Assembly (NCBI GenBank): GCA_963677595.1
Contig: OY782041.1
Span: 1,696,001-1,760,000 of the forward strand
Reading direction: 5' to 3'
From: Spirochaetia bacterium
GTDB taxonomy: Bacteria; Spirochaetota; Spirochaetia; CAKZLE01
Length of the DNA stretch: 64,000 bases
The position numbers were made by a program, and so were the translations under genes. The notes beneath the pieces are model-generated. The model saw only the letters and a program-made list of their open reading frames with translations. It did no database searches and was not told the origin of the DNA. Positions 39,369-48,196 of the stretch are shown in pieces. How positions within the stretch are numbered: position 1 is the first letter of the stretch; each line of letters opens with the position of its first letter.

Positions 39369-41095
39369 CACGATTCCTCCTGTTTGTCAGATGTGTCTGT
39401 TGCAGCCAATACCCCACTAATGGATTGAGCTGTAGTCTGTACAGAGGCAGGATCTAAGCCTAGGGCCTCCAGGATCACTTTCTGGGTCTTCGTTACGGCA
39501 TGATCGAGCCGGTAGATGCCGTCAAACTGGCGTACCATCTCGATCTTGTCCAACTCCTTGATTGCCGCCGGGACCGTCATGTAGTTTGGCCTCTTTTCCA
39601 TCCGCGCCATCGCATCCTTAAGCAGGTTGTAGAGCCGATTGCGTATGATGAGAGCGACAAACCCGATGAACACCTTGGCATCCGCAGCCTGGTCGGAATG
39701 GACACGCAGGCTCTTGTTGCCCAAAAAGGTTTTGTCGCTTCTGAACAGCTTCTCCGAAGCATCTCTGCTCCGATAGAGATCCATCGCCTCCTGAGTCGTC
39801 ATCTGCTCTGAGGTGACGATAGCAAAGTAGCCGCACAGAGATAATTCCCGCTGGATCACATCGTTCCGTTCCCGCCAGTGGACCAGGGTTTTGGCTGATC
39901 CCTCCTGCTCATTGAAATAGAGCTCATAATACTGGGAGTACGATTTCGGGAACGTGATCGCCTGTCCCCGATGCTTGAGGAGACTCTTCTCCATCCGCTC
40001 CAGCTTAGCCTCAAGCTTGCCTCTCTGGCTGCATTCAAGCGTTGAGGAATGGAAGATGTGGAAATACCGCTCTCGTGTATCATCAGCGTACAGCGGTGCC
40101 TTGATGGTCTTCCCATACACCCGGTGCCCACGAATGAAACATCTCCGGTCAGTCTCAAAGCTCCCCTGATGCTCCAGTACCAAGCCGGAGACGAGGTCCT
40201 TCATGCCCTTGACCATGATGACGAACTCATAGCCGCAGGCGTCCATGTACTGGATGTTCGCCTTGGAGAAGTATCCTCGGTCAAGTATGAACCCGCAATG
40301 CCGGTATCCATAGCTGAGTGCTTTCTCCAGCATGAATTGGAGCTGTGAGACATCTACGATACTGCCGGAATACTCCTCATAGAACAAGGGGACCTGGTTC
40401 GTCTTGTCATAGGCAATCGAATAATTGAAAACGGGAAGTCCCTGTTCATCCTTTGGATGCCCAAACTCGACGATCTCGATGTCCCCGGCCTGGCAATTCT
40501 TGTTCGTGGAATCGTAGGAGATGTAGATCCGTTCTCGGTGATCCCTACGTGCATTCCACGCATTCAGGAACTCCACACTCCAGTGCTCAGGCATGGTGGT
40601 AAGGAAGTCTGAGACCTTAGAGTCGCTGTAGATATGCATGGCGTTGGTAAACAACGGATGGCAATAAGCATAGTCAGGATAGTACTGACCGGCATTGTTC
40701 TCACTGATCAGGGAATATGCGGCAAGGTCCAGGAAGAACCCGGTATCCTTGTCGATGATGGGGTTGAGGGTCTTCTCGATCCCATAGTGCTCGATGATGC
40801 TGCGGATCGCCAACCAGGAACCGATCTTCAGGCAGCAGCTTCGGTCTGGATCAGTCGTACGACTGGGCGAAACATCAACGGCAGGAAAGTACTTCAGGAA
40901 ATTTGGATTCGGATACATTTTGTGCTTATCGTTGCCAGCAATCTTGCCGATGACAACCCGCTTGGGGACATTGAACTTCCTGTCAGCATCATAGATCCGA
41001 TCGTATTCGAAGTGCACGTAGGACGAATTATTCTTCGTCTGAATCACGATTTTACCGGGGACATCCGGCAGGTCAACCAGGGTCTTTAGGTACAT
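39368..41095 (-). CDS. IS1634-family transposase (nested element)
   Basis: ISYDSTN, FGHPKD, FILDRGYFS, YRSRDASEKLF DDE motifs. Start 41095 after GAGGTG. Confidence 0.88.
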   Translation of the reverse strand: MYLKTLVDLPDVPGKIVIQTKNNSSYVHFEYDRIYDADRKFNVPKRVVIGKIAGNDKHKMYPNPNFLKYFPAVDVSPSRTTDPDRSCCLKIGSWLAIRSIIEHYGIEKTLNPIIDKDTGFFLDLAAYSLISENNAGQYYPDYAYCHPLFTNAMHIYSDSKVSDFLTTMPEHWSVEFLNAWNARRDHRERIYISYDSTNKNCQAGDIEIVEFGHPKDEQGLPVFNYSIAYDKTNQVPLFYEEYSGSIVDVSQLQFMLEKALSYGYRHCGFILDRGYFSKANIQYMDACGYEFVIMVKGMKDLVSGLVLEHQGSFETDRRCFIRGHRVYGKTIKAPLYADDTRERYFHIFHSSTLECSQRGKLEAKLERMEKSLLKHRGQAITFPKSYSQYYELYFNEQEGSAKTLVHWRERNDVIQRELSLCGYFAIVTSEQMTTQEAMDLYRSRDASEKLFRSDKTFLGNKSLRVHSDQAADAKVFIGFVALIIRNRLYNLLKDAMARMEKRPNYMTVPAAIKELDKIEMVRQFDGIYRLDHAVTKTQKVILEALGLDPASVQTTAQSISGVLAATDTSDKQEES

Positions 41096-41256
41096 GATAT
41101 TCACCTCGCATTGAGTAATACTTTATACCTTAAGTATAGCAGAGCTGGGTCTGGAATTCAACTGAAAACCGTTTGTTTCTCCTTATATTTTAAAGATTTA
41201 TGTATTGGCTTGTCGCGAAAAAGTGGTTTGAGTAATAAAAGTACAAGAAGTTAAGG

Positions 41257-42283
41257 AATACTGTCGCTGAACTTTCTTCAATTTCCCGTTCAGCTCCTTC
41301 AACGATTGCTCAATCGCTTTGTCAATCTTCTTCTGCCTTCGCTTATCATGGGAACTCGAATGTATCACGACCCCGCGATAGGGCTTTTCATACAACGTTA
41401 CCGTCGTCTCGCACCCCTTATAGATCGCAGGAGGCCGGTTCTTCCCTGTTGGTGTTTCAGCCATCATGCCTATGGGACTCCAGCGACCCGCTCCGATCGC
41501 TTCCCTTATTGCCTGGTCACATGCGCCGTAGGTTGCCGGAAGACGGCTGATGAATGGCATCGACCCTAAAGCCTCCAGATTCTCCTGCGTCACCATGGCC
41601 GAGTCTGCAACATAGATACAGGCCCCATCTCCCAACCCATGTCGGGAGAGCAGTGTACTGATCCGTGTGAGCATCGCATTGTTAGACGTCTTGTCTGAGG
41701 AGTTCCCATTGAGGGTACTGCTGAAGATTGGGACCCCATGATCCACGCACAGTAACTCCGTCATGAACTGCTTGAGATCCGGTCGGTGATCCTTGGAGTG
41801 CCCCAGGACGATCGAAGGCCCCGGGGTCTTTTCCTGCTCACTCCCCCGGTATTCCCCCCAGACACTCGTACTGGTAGTATCGTAACTGAGGGCATGCATA
41901 TCCAGATCGAAGACCTGTGCTGCCCGAATCCCCAGTTCGGTCACAATCTTCGATGGGCCGGCATCGAAGATCGCATCCAGGGACCGAGCTATGTTCGTGT
42001 CATTGAACAGATGCGGATCTACCTCCTGTCCCAGCAATAGGCTGCGGTTCTGCTGCTCGATGAACTGCTCGATCCGATACAGCGGCGACCGTCCATGCAG
42101 GACATCGAGCACCATCGTCTGCACCACGAGCCCCGGAGATAGCTGCATACGGGTCTCCACCGCCGCATCCACGATGTCTCTCAACCCGAGCATGCGGCAG
42201 TAGGCCGCCGCAATGGGCAGGTAGGAATGGGTATAGATTCTGGTATGCTGAAACAGGGTTGAAAGGGGCGGAGTACTGGCCAT
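41257..42283 (-). pseudogene. 5' fragment of the copy-2 IS1634 transposase
   Basis: Identical to the N-terminal part of 21029-22732 up to KKVQRQY, then reads into the nested IR. Confidence 0.9.
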
Positions 42284-42373
42284 CGGTATCCTCCTGTAGC
42301 GGTCGTGGAAACAGGACTTGACTGATCACTGAACCTACTGTATTATACAGTAGGACAAGAGAGGAGTCAAGTC

Positions 42374-42736
42374 ATGACCACCGAGACGGCACAGAAGCGC
42401 CTTCAGGTACTTCGCCGCAAACAGCAGGAACTCGCCAAGGAACTGAGCACGATCGAATTTATCTGGTCAGGATCCATCTCCAAACGGTTTCTTACCTGCG
42501 GGAACCCCTCGTGCAAGTGTCATACAGACACTGAGGCCAAGCATGGACCGTATTACTATTGGACGACCAAAAAGGGCGGGAAGACCGTAGCCAGGAAGCT
42601 CACAGAGCAGCAGGCTGAGGTCCTCCAACCATGGATTGAGAACAGGAGAACCCTGGAGAAGACGATGAATGCCATGAAGAAGCTCTCTCAGGATGCGTAT
42701 GAAGCCATTTTGGTCCTCTTGGACGATGAAGGGTAG
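42374..42736 (+). CDS. DUF6788-like IS-associated protein (copy 2)
   Basis: Identical protein to 20576-20938. Palindrome at 42334-42354 upstream. Confidence 0.75.
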   Translation: MTTETAQKRLQVLRRKQQELAKELSTIEFIWSGSISKRFLTCGNPSCKCHTDTEAKHGPYYYWTTKKGGKTVARKLTEQQAEVLQPWIENRRTLEKTMNAMKKLSQDAYEAILVLLDDEG

Positions 42737-42806
42737 CGCTTTTTAAACCGATTTTAGCCCGAAATTAAATACCCGTTTTTTGCTGAGAAATAGTGAGGAA
42801 TGTGGG

Positions 42807-43088
42807 CTGTGAACAGAACTCGGAGATCAATGACTGTGCTACTCCCTTCCTCCTGGATTCAGGACCTACCCCCAGCTGCCAGACGAAGGCCGTGTTATCA
42901 CAGGTGCTGCTGACCAGCCCGGTGATCAGCCCCTGGATGCGGGAATCTTCTTCACAGATGAGGAACAGGTCTGTGAAATGGCTGCCGAGCACCCAGTAGG
43001 TGAAGAGGGTATGGAACCCCAGGGGCTCACACCGGGTGATGAACTCCCTGATGCGGGGAAGGTCAGTGTCTGTTACCGTTCGAATCAT
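42807..43088 (-). pseudogene. 5' fragment of the EctA-like GNAT acetyltransferase
   Basis: FVWQLGVGPESRRKGVA acetyl-CoA motif, ends at the IS TSD. The reconstructed protein is 159 aa. Confidence 0.85.
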
Positions 43089-43546
43089 GGCATGCTCTCC
43101 ATTAGGGTTCCCGCATGATCATCTCCTCCCACAAGCCATTCCAGGGCCCGTTCGAGCAGATCCTGTACGAACTGGGCTGTGTCGATACCCTGAGACTCCG
43201 CCATCTGGTCTATGGCCTTGAAGTAGCGTGATGGAGCAACAGCCATATATTCCCCGAACAGGGTCATACCCGGTGCATGGTCGAATGCTGCAGCCAGCCT
43301 GGCAATGAAGTCATAACTCGGGAGTCTGCCCATGTTCTCGAATCGTGAGATCACCGATTGCTTGGTATCCATCAGGGCTGCCAGGTCCTGTTGTGAGACC
43401 TTGTGCTCATAACGCAGTCTCTGGCTCTCGAGGATGATCTGGGAGAACCCGTTCCAGTAATCGATCTCACTGGTATCTCCCTCTTTGCGGATCCGGTACA
43501 TCAACTTCGAGACAGATTTAGGCTCTGCTACTTTCTTAGTTTCCAT
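43085..43546 (-). CDS. XRE-family HTH protein (HigA-like) with extra C-terminal helical domain
   Basis: SQQDLAALMDTKQSVISRFE HTH_3, RBS GGAGGAG, ATGA overlap with the GNAT gene. Confidence 0.8.
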   Translation of the reverse strand: METKKVAEPKSVSKLMYRIRKEGDTSEIDYWNGFSQIILESQRLRYEHKVSQQDLAALMDTKQSVISRFENMGRLPSYDFIARLAAAFDHAPGMTLFGEYMAVAPSRYFKAIDQMAESQGIDTAQFVQDLLERALEWLVGGDDHAGTLMESMP

Positions 43547-43601
43547 TACAGACACTCCTCCGTTCTTCTCTGAGAACAAGAATCTCCCCTGTTTATATTT
43601 C

Positions 43602-43630
43602 ATAGTATAGCCAAAAGGCTATACAGTCAA
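43602..43630 (-). promoter_or_regulatory. Promoter with palindromic operator for the XRE-GNAT operon
   Basis: TTGACT-17-TACTAT on the minus strand. Palindrome GTATAGCC-AAAA-GGCTATAC (43605-43624) spans the spacer. Confidence 0.7.
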
Positions 43631-43835
43631 TCAATCCCGGTACGGCAACAGGACAAACGCATGAAATCGCGTACACTCTGAGGGCAGGATCACGAATCTG
43701 AATAATCGCAGGGAATGAATGGTTCAAATCAGGAAAATGATCATCCTCTGACAAAGAGCCCCCTCCCGATGCCTGAAGCAGTACCTATCGGGAGGGGAGA
43801 TTGAGGAAGGGGCTGTGAATTTCTTATGAGAACTC

Positions 43836-45170
43836 TTATTTCTTCTGTTTCTGCAAGGACTCATCTAATGCGGTGCGAATAGTCCGGTTATCACACATAC
43901 TCAACATCCTCTCAAGAACGTCCTCATAGGCCCAATGGAAGCCTCTCTTGATCTGACTGAGCGTCTTCGAATTCTCAAGGGGCTTCATCATCTTATACAG
44001 AGAAAGGGTCATCTTCTTTACCAGCGACAGATTGCCGCTAGCCGTACGATTGACCGTAGTATTCTCATCATCATAGAACATCACATCCAGGAACCCATGC
44101 AGGGAATTCTCGACCTGCCAATGTTCCCGGATCGCTTTTCCGCAGATCTGAGCATCGCCATCGAGACTGGTGATGTAATACCGAGTCTCCTGAGTCTTCT
44201 TCCCGGTATTGATCTTTTCGGTACGCTTATCAAACCGTATCACCGCTTTGATCCCTGCCCAGTCAGAGAAGAAACAGCGATCTTTCGCTTTCACGTTTGC
44301 TACCGTATAGACGCACTCTTCCATCTGCCCATGAGCTTTCTCCATCGTCCGGTAATATCTATCAGGATCATTCTCCGCCTGTTGGAGGTATTCAGGGGTG
44401 AAATAGGCAGCGCTCTCCTCCAGGAGTGTCTTCTGATTCCCTTTCAATCCACCAAGATAGTGCCCTTTCCCTTCGATGATGACATCGATCGTCCCTTTCT
44501 GCGTATTCAAGGCATCGAATGAGACCAGAGTCCCTCGTAAGTCCATCGTGGACAAGACCTCCTGTGCTTTGGGGATCTCATTGGATTTCTGATCTATCTG
44601 CACCGACTTCAGACAGATTCCGTTATAGGAGGAGTAGACATGCAACGTCTGAATATTCCGGATCGTTGTTCCTTCTGCATTCGTCATCCGACCAGATCCT
44701 CGAGCCTCCTTCCCATCCACACATATCTGCTTCAGCAGAGGTTCCGGTATCTTCAAAGCCTTTCGCAGGTCTTCCATGGCCTGCATGACGAACAGCACCA
44801 AGGCATCATTGAGTTGTCCCATATCGATGAGGGAGAAGACCCTGCAGAAGGTATCATGTGACGGAATCCCTGACTTCAGGGGAAGGAACTGACGAAAATA
44901 CTTCTCTTTGTATGTGCACATGGCTTCCATGTCCTGAAAGGTGACTGCGCCCCCCAAGACAGCGAAGAATGACAATACGATGATCTCCGAAAGAGGATAG
45001 GCGACCTTCCCTTGCATCCTCGGATCATCAACGTTCGTATCAAGGATACTCACTAATCGCTTGATGACCTTGCGAGTAGCCTTCCGCTCAGCCTGCCAAG
45101 GGCCGATCGTCCCCATCGCATCCTGTATCTCCATGAAGAGATCCATTCCTCTTGTAGTCTCTTGTGCCAT
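43836..45170 (-). CDS. ISAs1-family transposase
   Basis: DPR..KVAYPL, GIPSHDTF, VDGK, KSNEIP, DALNTQK, LKGNQ, REHWQVENSLH. Start 45170 after GAGGTG. Confidence 0.92.
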   Translation of the reverse strand: MAQETTRGMDLFMEIQDAMGTIGPWQAERKATRKVIKRLVSILDTNVDDPRMQGKVAYPLSEIIVLSFFAVLGGAVTFQDMEAMCTYKEKYFRQFLPLKSGIPSHDTFCRVFSLIDMGQLNDALVLFVMQAMEDLRKALKIPEPLLKQICVDGKEARGSGRMTNAEGTTIRNIQTLHVYSSYNGICLKSVQIDQKSNEIPKAQEVLSTMDLRGTLVSFDALNTQKGTIDVIIEGKGHYLGGLKGNQKTLLEESAAYFTPEYLQQAENDPDRYYRTMEKAHGQMEECVYTVANVKAKDRCFFSDWAGIKAVIRFDKRTEKINTGKKTQETRYYITSLDGDAQICGKAIREHWQVENSLHGFLDVMFYDDENTTVNRTASGNLSLVKKMTLSLYKMMKPLENSKTLSQIKRGFHWAYEDVLERMLSMCDNRTIRTALDESLQKQKK

Positions 45171-45171
45171 G

Positions 45172-45789
45172 TTACACCTCCCAACGAAAATCATAGGTCT
45201 TTGCCAGCTCCCTACATGCTTGCGGCACGACGGCATTGACCCATTGCCCATTTACCCAGACCCTGGTGATGAAGGCAGCAGCATGCATCACCAGTGAAGC
45301 CTGTTCCCCGAAAACCGCCGTGAGTGTGGATCGCAAGGCCGTTGCCACTCGCCTCGCTTCTGCCTCCAGCAGAGGTGTCAGGGGGAAGGTGACATCAGGA
45401 TAGGCCATACTCACCCAATCACAGCTATACAGAAAAGAAGAAGCCTCCCCATAGATCACCTGAAGTATCGCAGAAGCAAGTACGGCAGCACCCGCATCAT
45501 CTCCCATGAGCTGAGGTATGCGCTGCAGGTTGGCTCGACAGAATCGCCAGAGGATCGCATATCCTCCACTACGAAGGGTACGCACCTCGCCCTTGATCTT
45601 GGGTTTTGTGGGGATCAGACCATCTTTCTCGGTGATGGTACCGATGTATTCATCAACGATACGTTTGACTTTCTTGGTGCCTTTCACCCGTTCTGAATGA
45701 CCGCGATAGATACGATAGGTTGAATCATTGACCTTGTTGACATACATGCCTTTCTGTTTATGTTTCATGACCCACGGTGGATAGGGCAT
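45172..45789 (-). CDS. Accessory ORF of the ISAs1 element (basic N-terminus resembling transposase N-terminal domains)
   Basis: MPYPPWVMKHKQKG...YIGTITEKDGLIP. Inside the IRs, RBS GGAGG, stop 1 nt before the tnp start. Confidence 0.7.
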   Translation of the reverse strand: MPYPPWVMKHKQKGMYVNKVNDSTYRIYRGHSERVKGTKKVKRIVDEYIGTITEKDGLIPTKPKIKGEVRTLRSGGYAILWRFCRANLQRIPQLMGDDAGAAVLASAILQVIYGEASSFLYSCDWVSMAYPDVTFPLTPLLEAEARRVATALRSTLTAVFGEQASLVMHAAAFITRVWVNGQWVNAVVPQACRELAKTYDFRWEV

Positions 45790-45801
45790 ACAACCTCCGA
45801 A

Positions 45802-45822
45802 GTATTACATACTATGTAATAC
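45802..45822. promoter_or_regulatory. Perfect 21-bp palindrome (candidate operator) at the ISAs1 promoter
   Basis: GTATTACATA-C-TATGTAATAC, immediately downstream of a minus-strand TATAAT (45823-45828). Confidence 0.65.
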
Positions 45823-46024
45823 ATTATACAAGAAAACCATCAGAATTACCAGAAAATTTCTCATTTTCTTCAGTTTTTCCGATGGTTAGTTCTTTGCTGT
45901 TAATCAATTAGTTTTGTTTCATGCGTTTGTCCTGGTACGGCAACCTTCTCCCACCCCCGTCTCCCATTACGGTTTACTTGCCACCACTTCCATACTATAT
46001 TGAAAGGACAGGAGGCGATGTCAT

Positions 46025-47962
46025 ATGGATCAGGAGTATATGCAGGAAGAGTGGAAGGCGTTCATCGCGTCCGGGGAGATTCACCCTTCTGTCAGGGAAG
46101 AGATCGGTGAGTCCTGGAAGCGGAGCCGTGCACTCGGGATCGATTCCAACCACACCATAGGCAGGACCGTTCCTCCTGATGAGTTCGAGGTGATCAAGAA
46201 GCATAACCGGGACCTCCTCTTCTACTCCAAACCTATCATGGAGAACCTCTACCAGATCATCCAGGAGCATAATTCCATCATCTATGTCACGGATGCCGAC
46301 GCCGTCATCCTCGACCTGATCGGTGACCCGGAAGATATGGTTGTGATCAAGGAGGGCTACAACGTCTCTGCGGGAGTCCTCTGGAGCGAGGAGACCGTCG
46401 GGACCAACGCGATCTCCCTGGCCCTGCGGTACAAGAAGACCTACAGGACCGAGGGCTGTGAGCACTACTGCAGGGAACACCATTTCTTCAGCTGCTCGGT
46501 CGTCCCCATCCATGATGCAATGGGGGAGGTGATCGGGACACTGGTCAACACCTGCCTGAACGCGAAAGCGAGCAACCATACCCTCGGGATGGTCCAGGCA
46601 GCAGCCCAGCTGATCGAGAACGAGGTCGCCAGGGCCCGGCAGATCCAGTTCATGAAGGTCGGGATGAGCTCGATCTCCGAGGCAGTCATCATCACCGACA
46701 GTGCCGGGGACATCAGCTTCCTCAACGCCAAGGGGTGCACCTACCTCGGCTGCTCGGAGCGGAAGCTGCTGAGGAGACCCATCTCGTCGGTCATCCCCGA
46801 TGTCAGGTTCCCCGAGGTCACCGAGTCCCGGTACAACGTGAATTTCCATATCTTCGACGGCTCCGAGGAGATTCCCTGCGTGGGGAACTTCATCTACCTC
46901 GAGTACAATGGGGAGCAGATCGGGCTGGCCGCGGTGTTCCGCAAGGAACGCTCCATCAACACCTATATCAACAACCTCGTGGGGAACACGGCGAAATACC
47001 ACTTCTCCGACATCATCACGCGCAACCCGGCGATGCTGCGGGTCATCGAGGACGCGAAGAGGATCAGCGGCATCGACTGCACCGTCCTGATCAACGGGGA
47101 GAGCGGGACAGGGAAGGAACTCGTCGCCCAGGCGATCCATAACCAGAGCAAGAGAAGGGAAGGACCGTTCATTGCCGTGAACTGTGCAGCCCTCCCCCGG
47201 GACCTGGTCGAGAGCGAACTCTTCGGCTATGTGGCCGGTTCCTTCACCAGCGCGAAGAAGGGCGGCATGCTCGGCAAGTTCGAACTCGCCGATGGGGGAA
47301 CGCTCTTCCTAGACGAAATAGGCGAGCTCTCCATGGACATCCAGCCGAAGCTCCTGCGGGCCCTCGATTCCCACAAGATCAGCAAGATCGGGTCGAAGAA
47401 GGATAAGTACGTCGATGTCCGGGTAATCACTGCCACGAACAAGACCCTCGAGAGCGAGATCGCCGAAGGTGACTTCCGCCTCGACCTCTTCTACCGGATC
47501 AACACCGTGAACTTCATCATCCCGAGTCTCAATGAGCGCAGGGAGGATATACCCCTGCTGTGCCTTCACTTCCTCGAACAGCTGAACGCCGAGTTCGACA
47601 TGAAGGTGAGCGGCTTCGAGCCTGAGTTCATCGCAGCCCTCCAGGCCTATGAGTTCAAGGGGAACATCAGGGAGCTGCAGAACCTCATCAGCAGGGCCTT
47701 CTTCCTCTGTAGTGACGATACCATCGGGGTCGACCTGCTGCCGGCGAGCATCACCCGCAGTGCCGGAACTGCCGGCGTCACGACTTCCCAGCCTGACTCC
47801 GTCCCGATGACGGTGGGGACGAAGGAGAACATTGAGAAGGAGATGATCATCCGAGCCCTGCAGCAGGCCGGGAACAACGTCACCGAGGCCGCGAAGACCC
47901 TGAACATCGGGAAAGCCACCATCTACCGGAAGATCAAGAAGTACGGTATCAGCTACCGGTAG
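46025..47962 (+). CDS. acoR: sigma54-dependent activator, AcoR-like (GAF-PAS-AAA-Fis HTH)
   Basis: SWKRS, WSEETVGTNAI GAF, GESGTGKE, ESELFG..GSFTSA (GAFTGA variant), FLDEIGE, Fis HTH. Confidence 0.85.
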   Translation: MDQEYMQEEWKAFIASGEIHPSVREEIGESWKRSRALGIDSNHTIGRTVPPDEFEVIKKHNRDLLFYSKPIMENLYQIIQEHNSIIYVTDADAVILDLIGDPEDMVVIKEGYNVSAGVLWSEETVGTNAISLALRYKKTYRTEGCEHYCREHHFFSCSVVPIHDAMGEVIGTLVNTCLNAKASNHTLGMVQAAAQLIENEVARARQIQFMKVGMSSISEAVIITDSAGDISFLNAKGCTYLGCSERKLLRRPISSVIPDVRFPEVTESRYNVNFHIFDGSEEIPCVGNFIYLEYNGEQIGLAAVFRKERSINTYINNLVGNTAKYHFSDIITRNPAMLRVIEDAKRISGIDCTVLINGESGTGKELVAQAIHNQSKRREGPFIAVNCAALPRDLVESELFGYVAGSFTSAKKGGMLGKFELADGGTLFLDEIGELSMDIQPKLLRALDSHKISKIGSKKDKYVDVRVITATNKTLESEIAEGDFRLDLFYRINTVNFIIPSLNERREDIPLLCLHFLEQLNAEFDMKVSGFEPEFIAALQAYEFKGNIRELQNLISRAFFLCSDDTIGVDLLPASITRSAGTAGVTTSQPDSVPMTVGTKENIEKEMIIRALQQAGNNVTEAAKTLNIGKATIYRKIKKYGISYR

Positions 47963-47965
47963 ACC

Positions 47966-48038
47966 CGTCTCATGCAATGTGTGTATCACAATGAGACGAC
48001 CGTCTCATTATGGTACTACCGTCTCATTGTGATACACA
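47966..48038. promoter_or_regulatory. Probable activator-binding UAS: 19-bp perfect inverted repeat with four CGTCTCAT/ATGAGACG boxes
   Basis: TGTGTATCACAATGAGACG (47980-47998) / CGTCTCATTGTGATACACA (48020-48038), with extra CGTCTCAT at 47966 and 48001. About 100-170 bp upstream of the -24/-12 promoter. Confidence 0.7.
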
Positions 48039-48134
48039 TTCTCCTGATACACCCATTTCCCCCTTTTTGCACATACCCCTCCCCAACCAGCCTGGAACCC
48101 ACAATCTCGTGATCATTTCCAGATCTCACGTTTT

Positions 48135-48150
48135 TGGCACGCATTATGCT
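48135..48150 (+). promoter_or_regulatory. sigma54 (-24/-12) promoter
   Basis: TGGCACGCATTATGCT, with GG and GC separated by 10 nt. Confidence 0.85.
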
Positions 48151-48196
48151 TTATAGATCTATGCAAATTATCAGCAAAAACAAGTGAGGATAAATT

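Larger units (their letters stand above)
39102..41256 (-). mobile_element. Nested IS1634-family element (2155 bp), a different subtype
   Basis: Imperfect 29-bp IRs CCTTAACTTCCTGACTTTTTATTACTCAA and TTGAGTAATAAAAGTACAAGAAGTTAAGG. 5-bp TSD AATAC (39097-39101, 41257-41261). Confidence 0.9.
38198..42806 (-). mobile_element. IS1634/DUF6788 element copy 2 (inverted), interrupted by a nested IS
   Basis: Same 15-bp IRs as copy 1. TSD CTGTGA (38192-38197, 42807-42812). 4609 bp minus the 2160-bp nested insert plus TSD equals 2449 bp, the length of copy 1. Confidence 0.93.
43649..45934 (-). mobile_element. ISAs1-family element (2286 bp) with an extra upstream ORF
   Basis: Perfect 18-bp IRs CAGGACAAACGCATGAAA / TTTCATGCGTTTGTCCTG. 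9-bp TSD GTACGGCAA (43640-43648, 45935-45943). Confidence 0.92.

Noticed and set aside
41198-42283. 361-aa ORF and 107-aa ORF (42765-43088) as complete proteins
   Set aside because: Both are truncated genes whose tails are read-through into IS ends.
20506-42806. Composite transposon or inversion formed by the two inverted IS1634/DUF6788 copies
   Set aside because: Each copy has its own matching TSD (CTGAAA, CTGTGA), so they are independent insertions with no exchange of flanks.
45995-47140. Long antisense ORFs (for example 45995-47140, 53897-55144, 27145-28200, 19261-19986)
   Set aside because: Shadow frames of GC-rich, codon-biased genes on the opposite strand, with no recognisable motifs.
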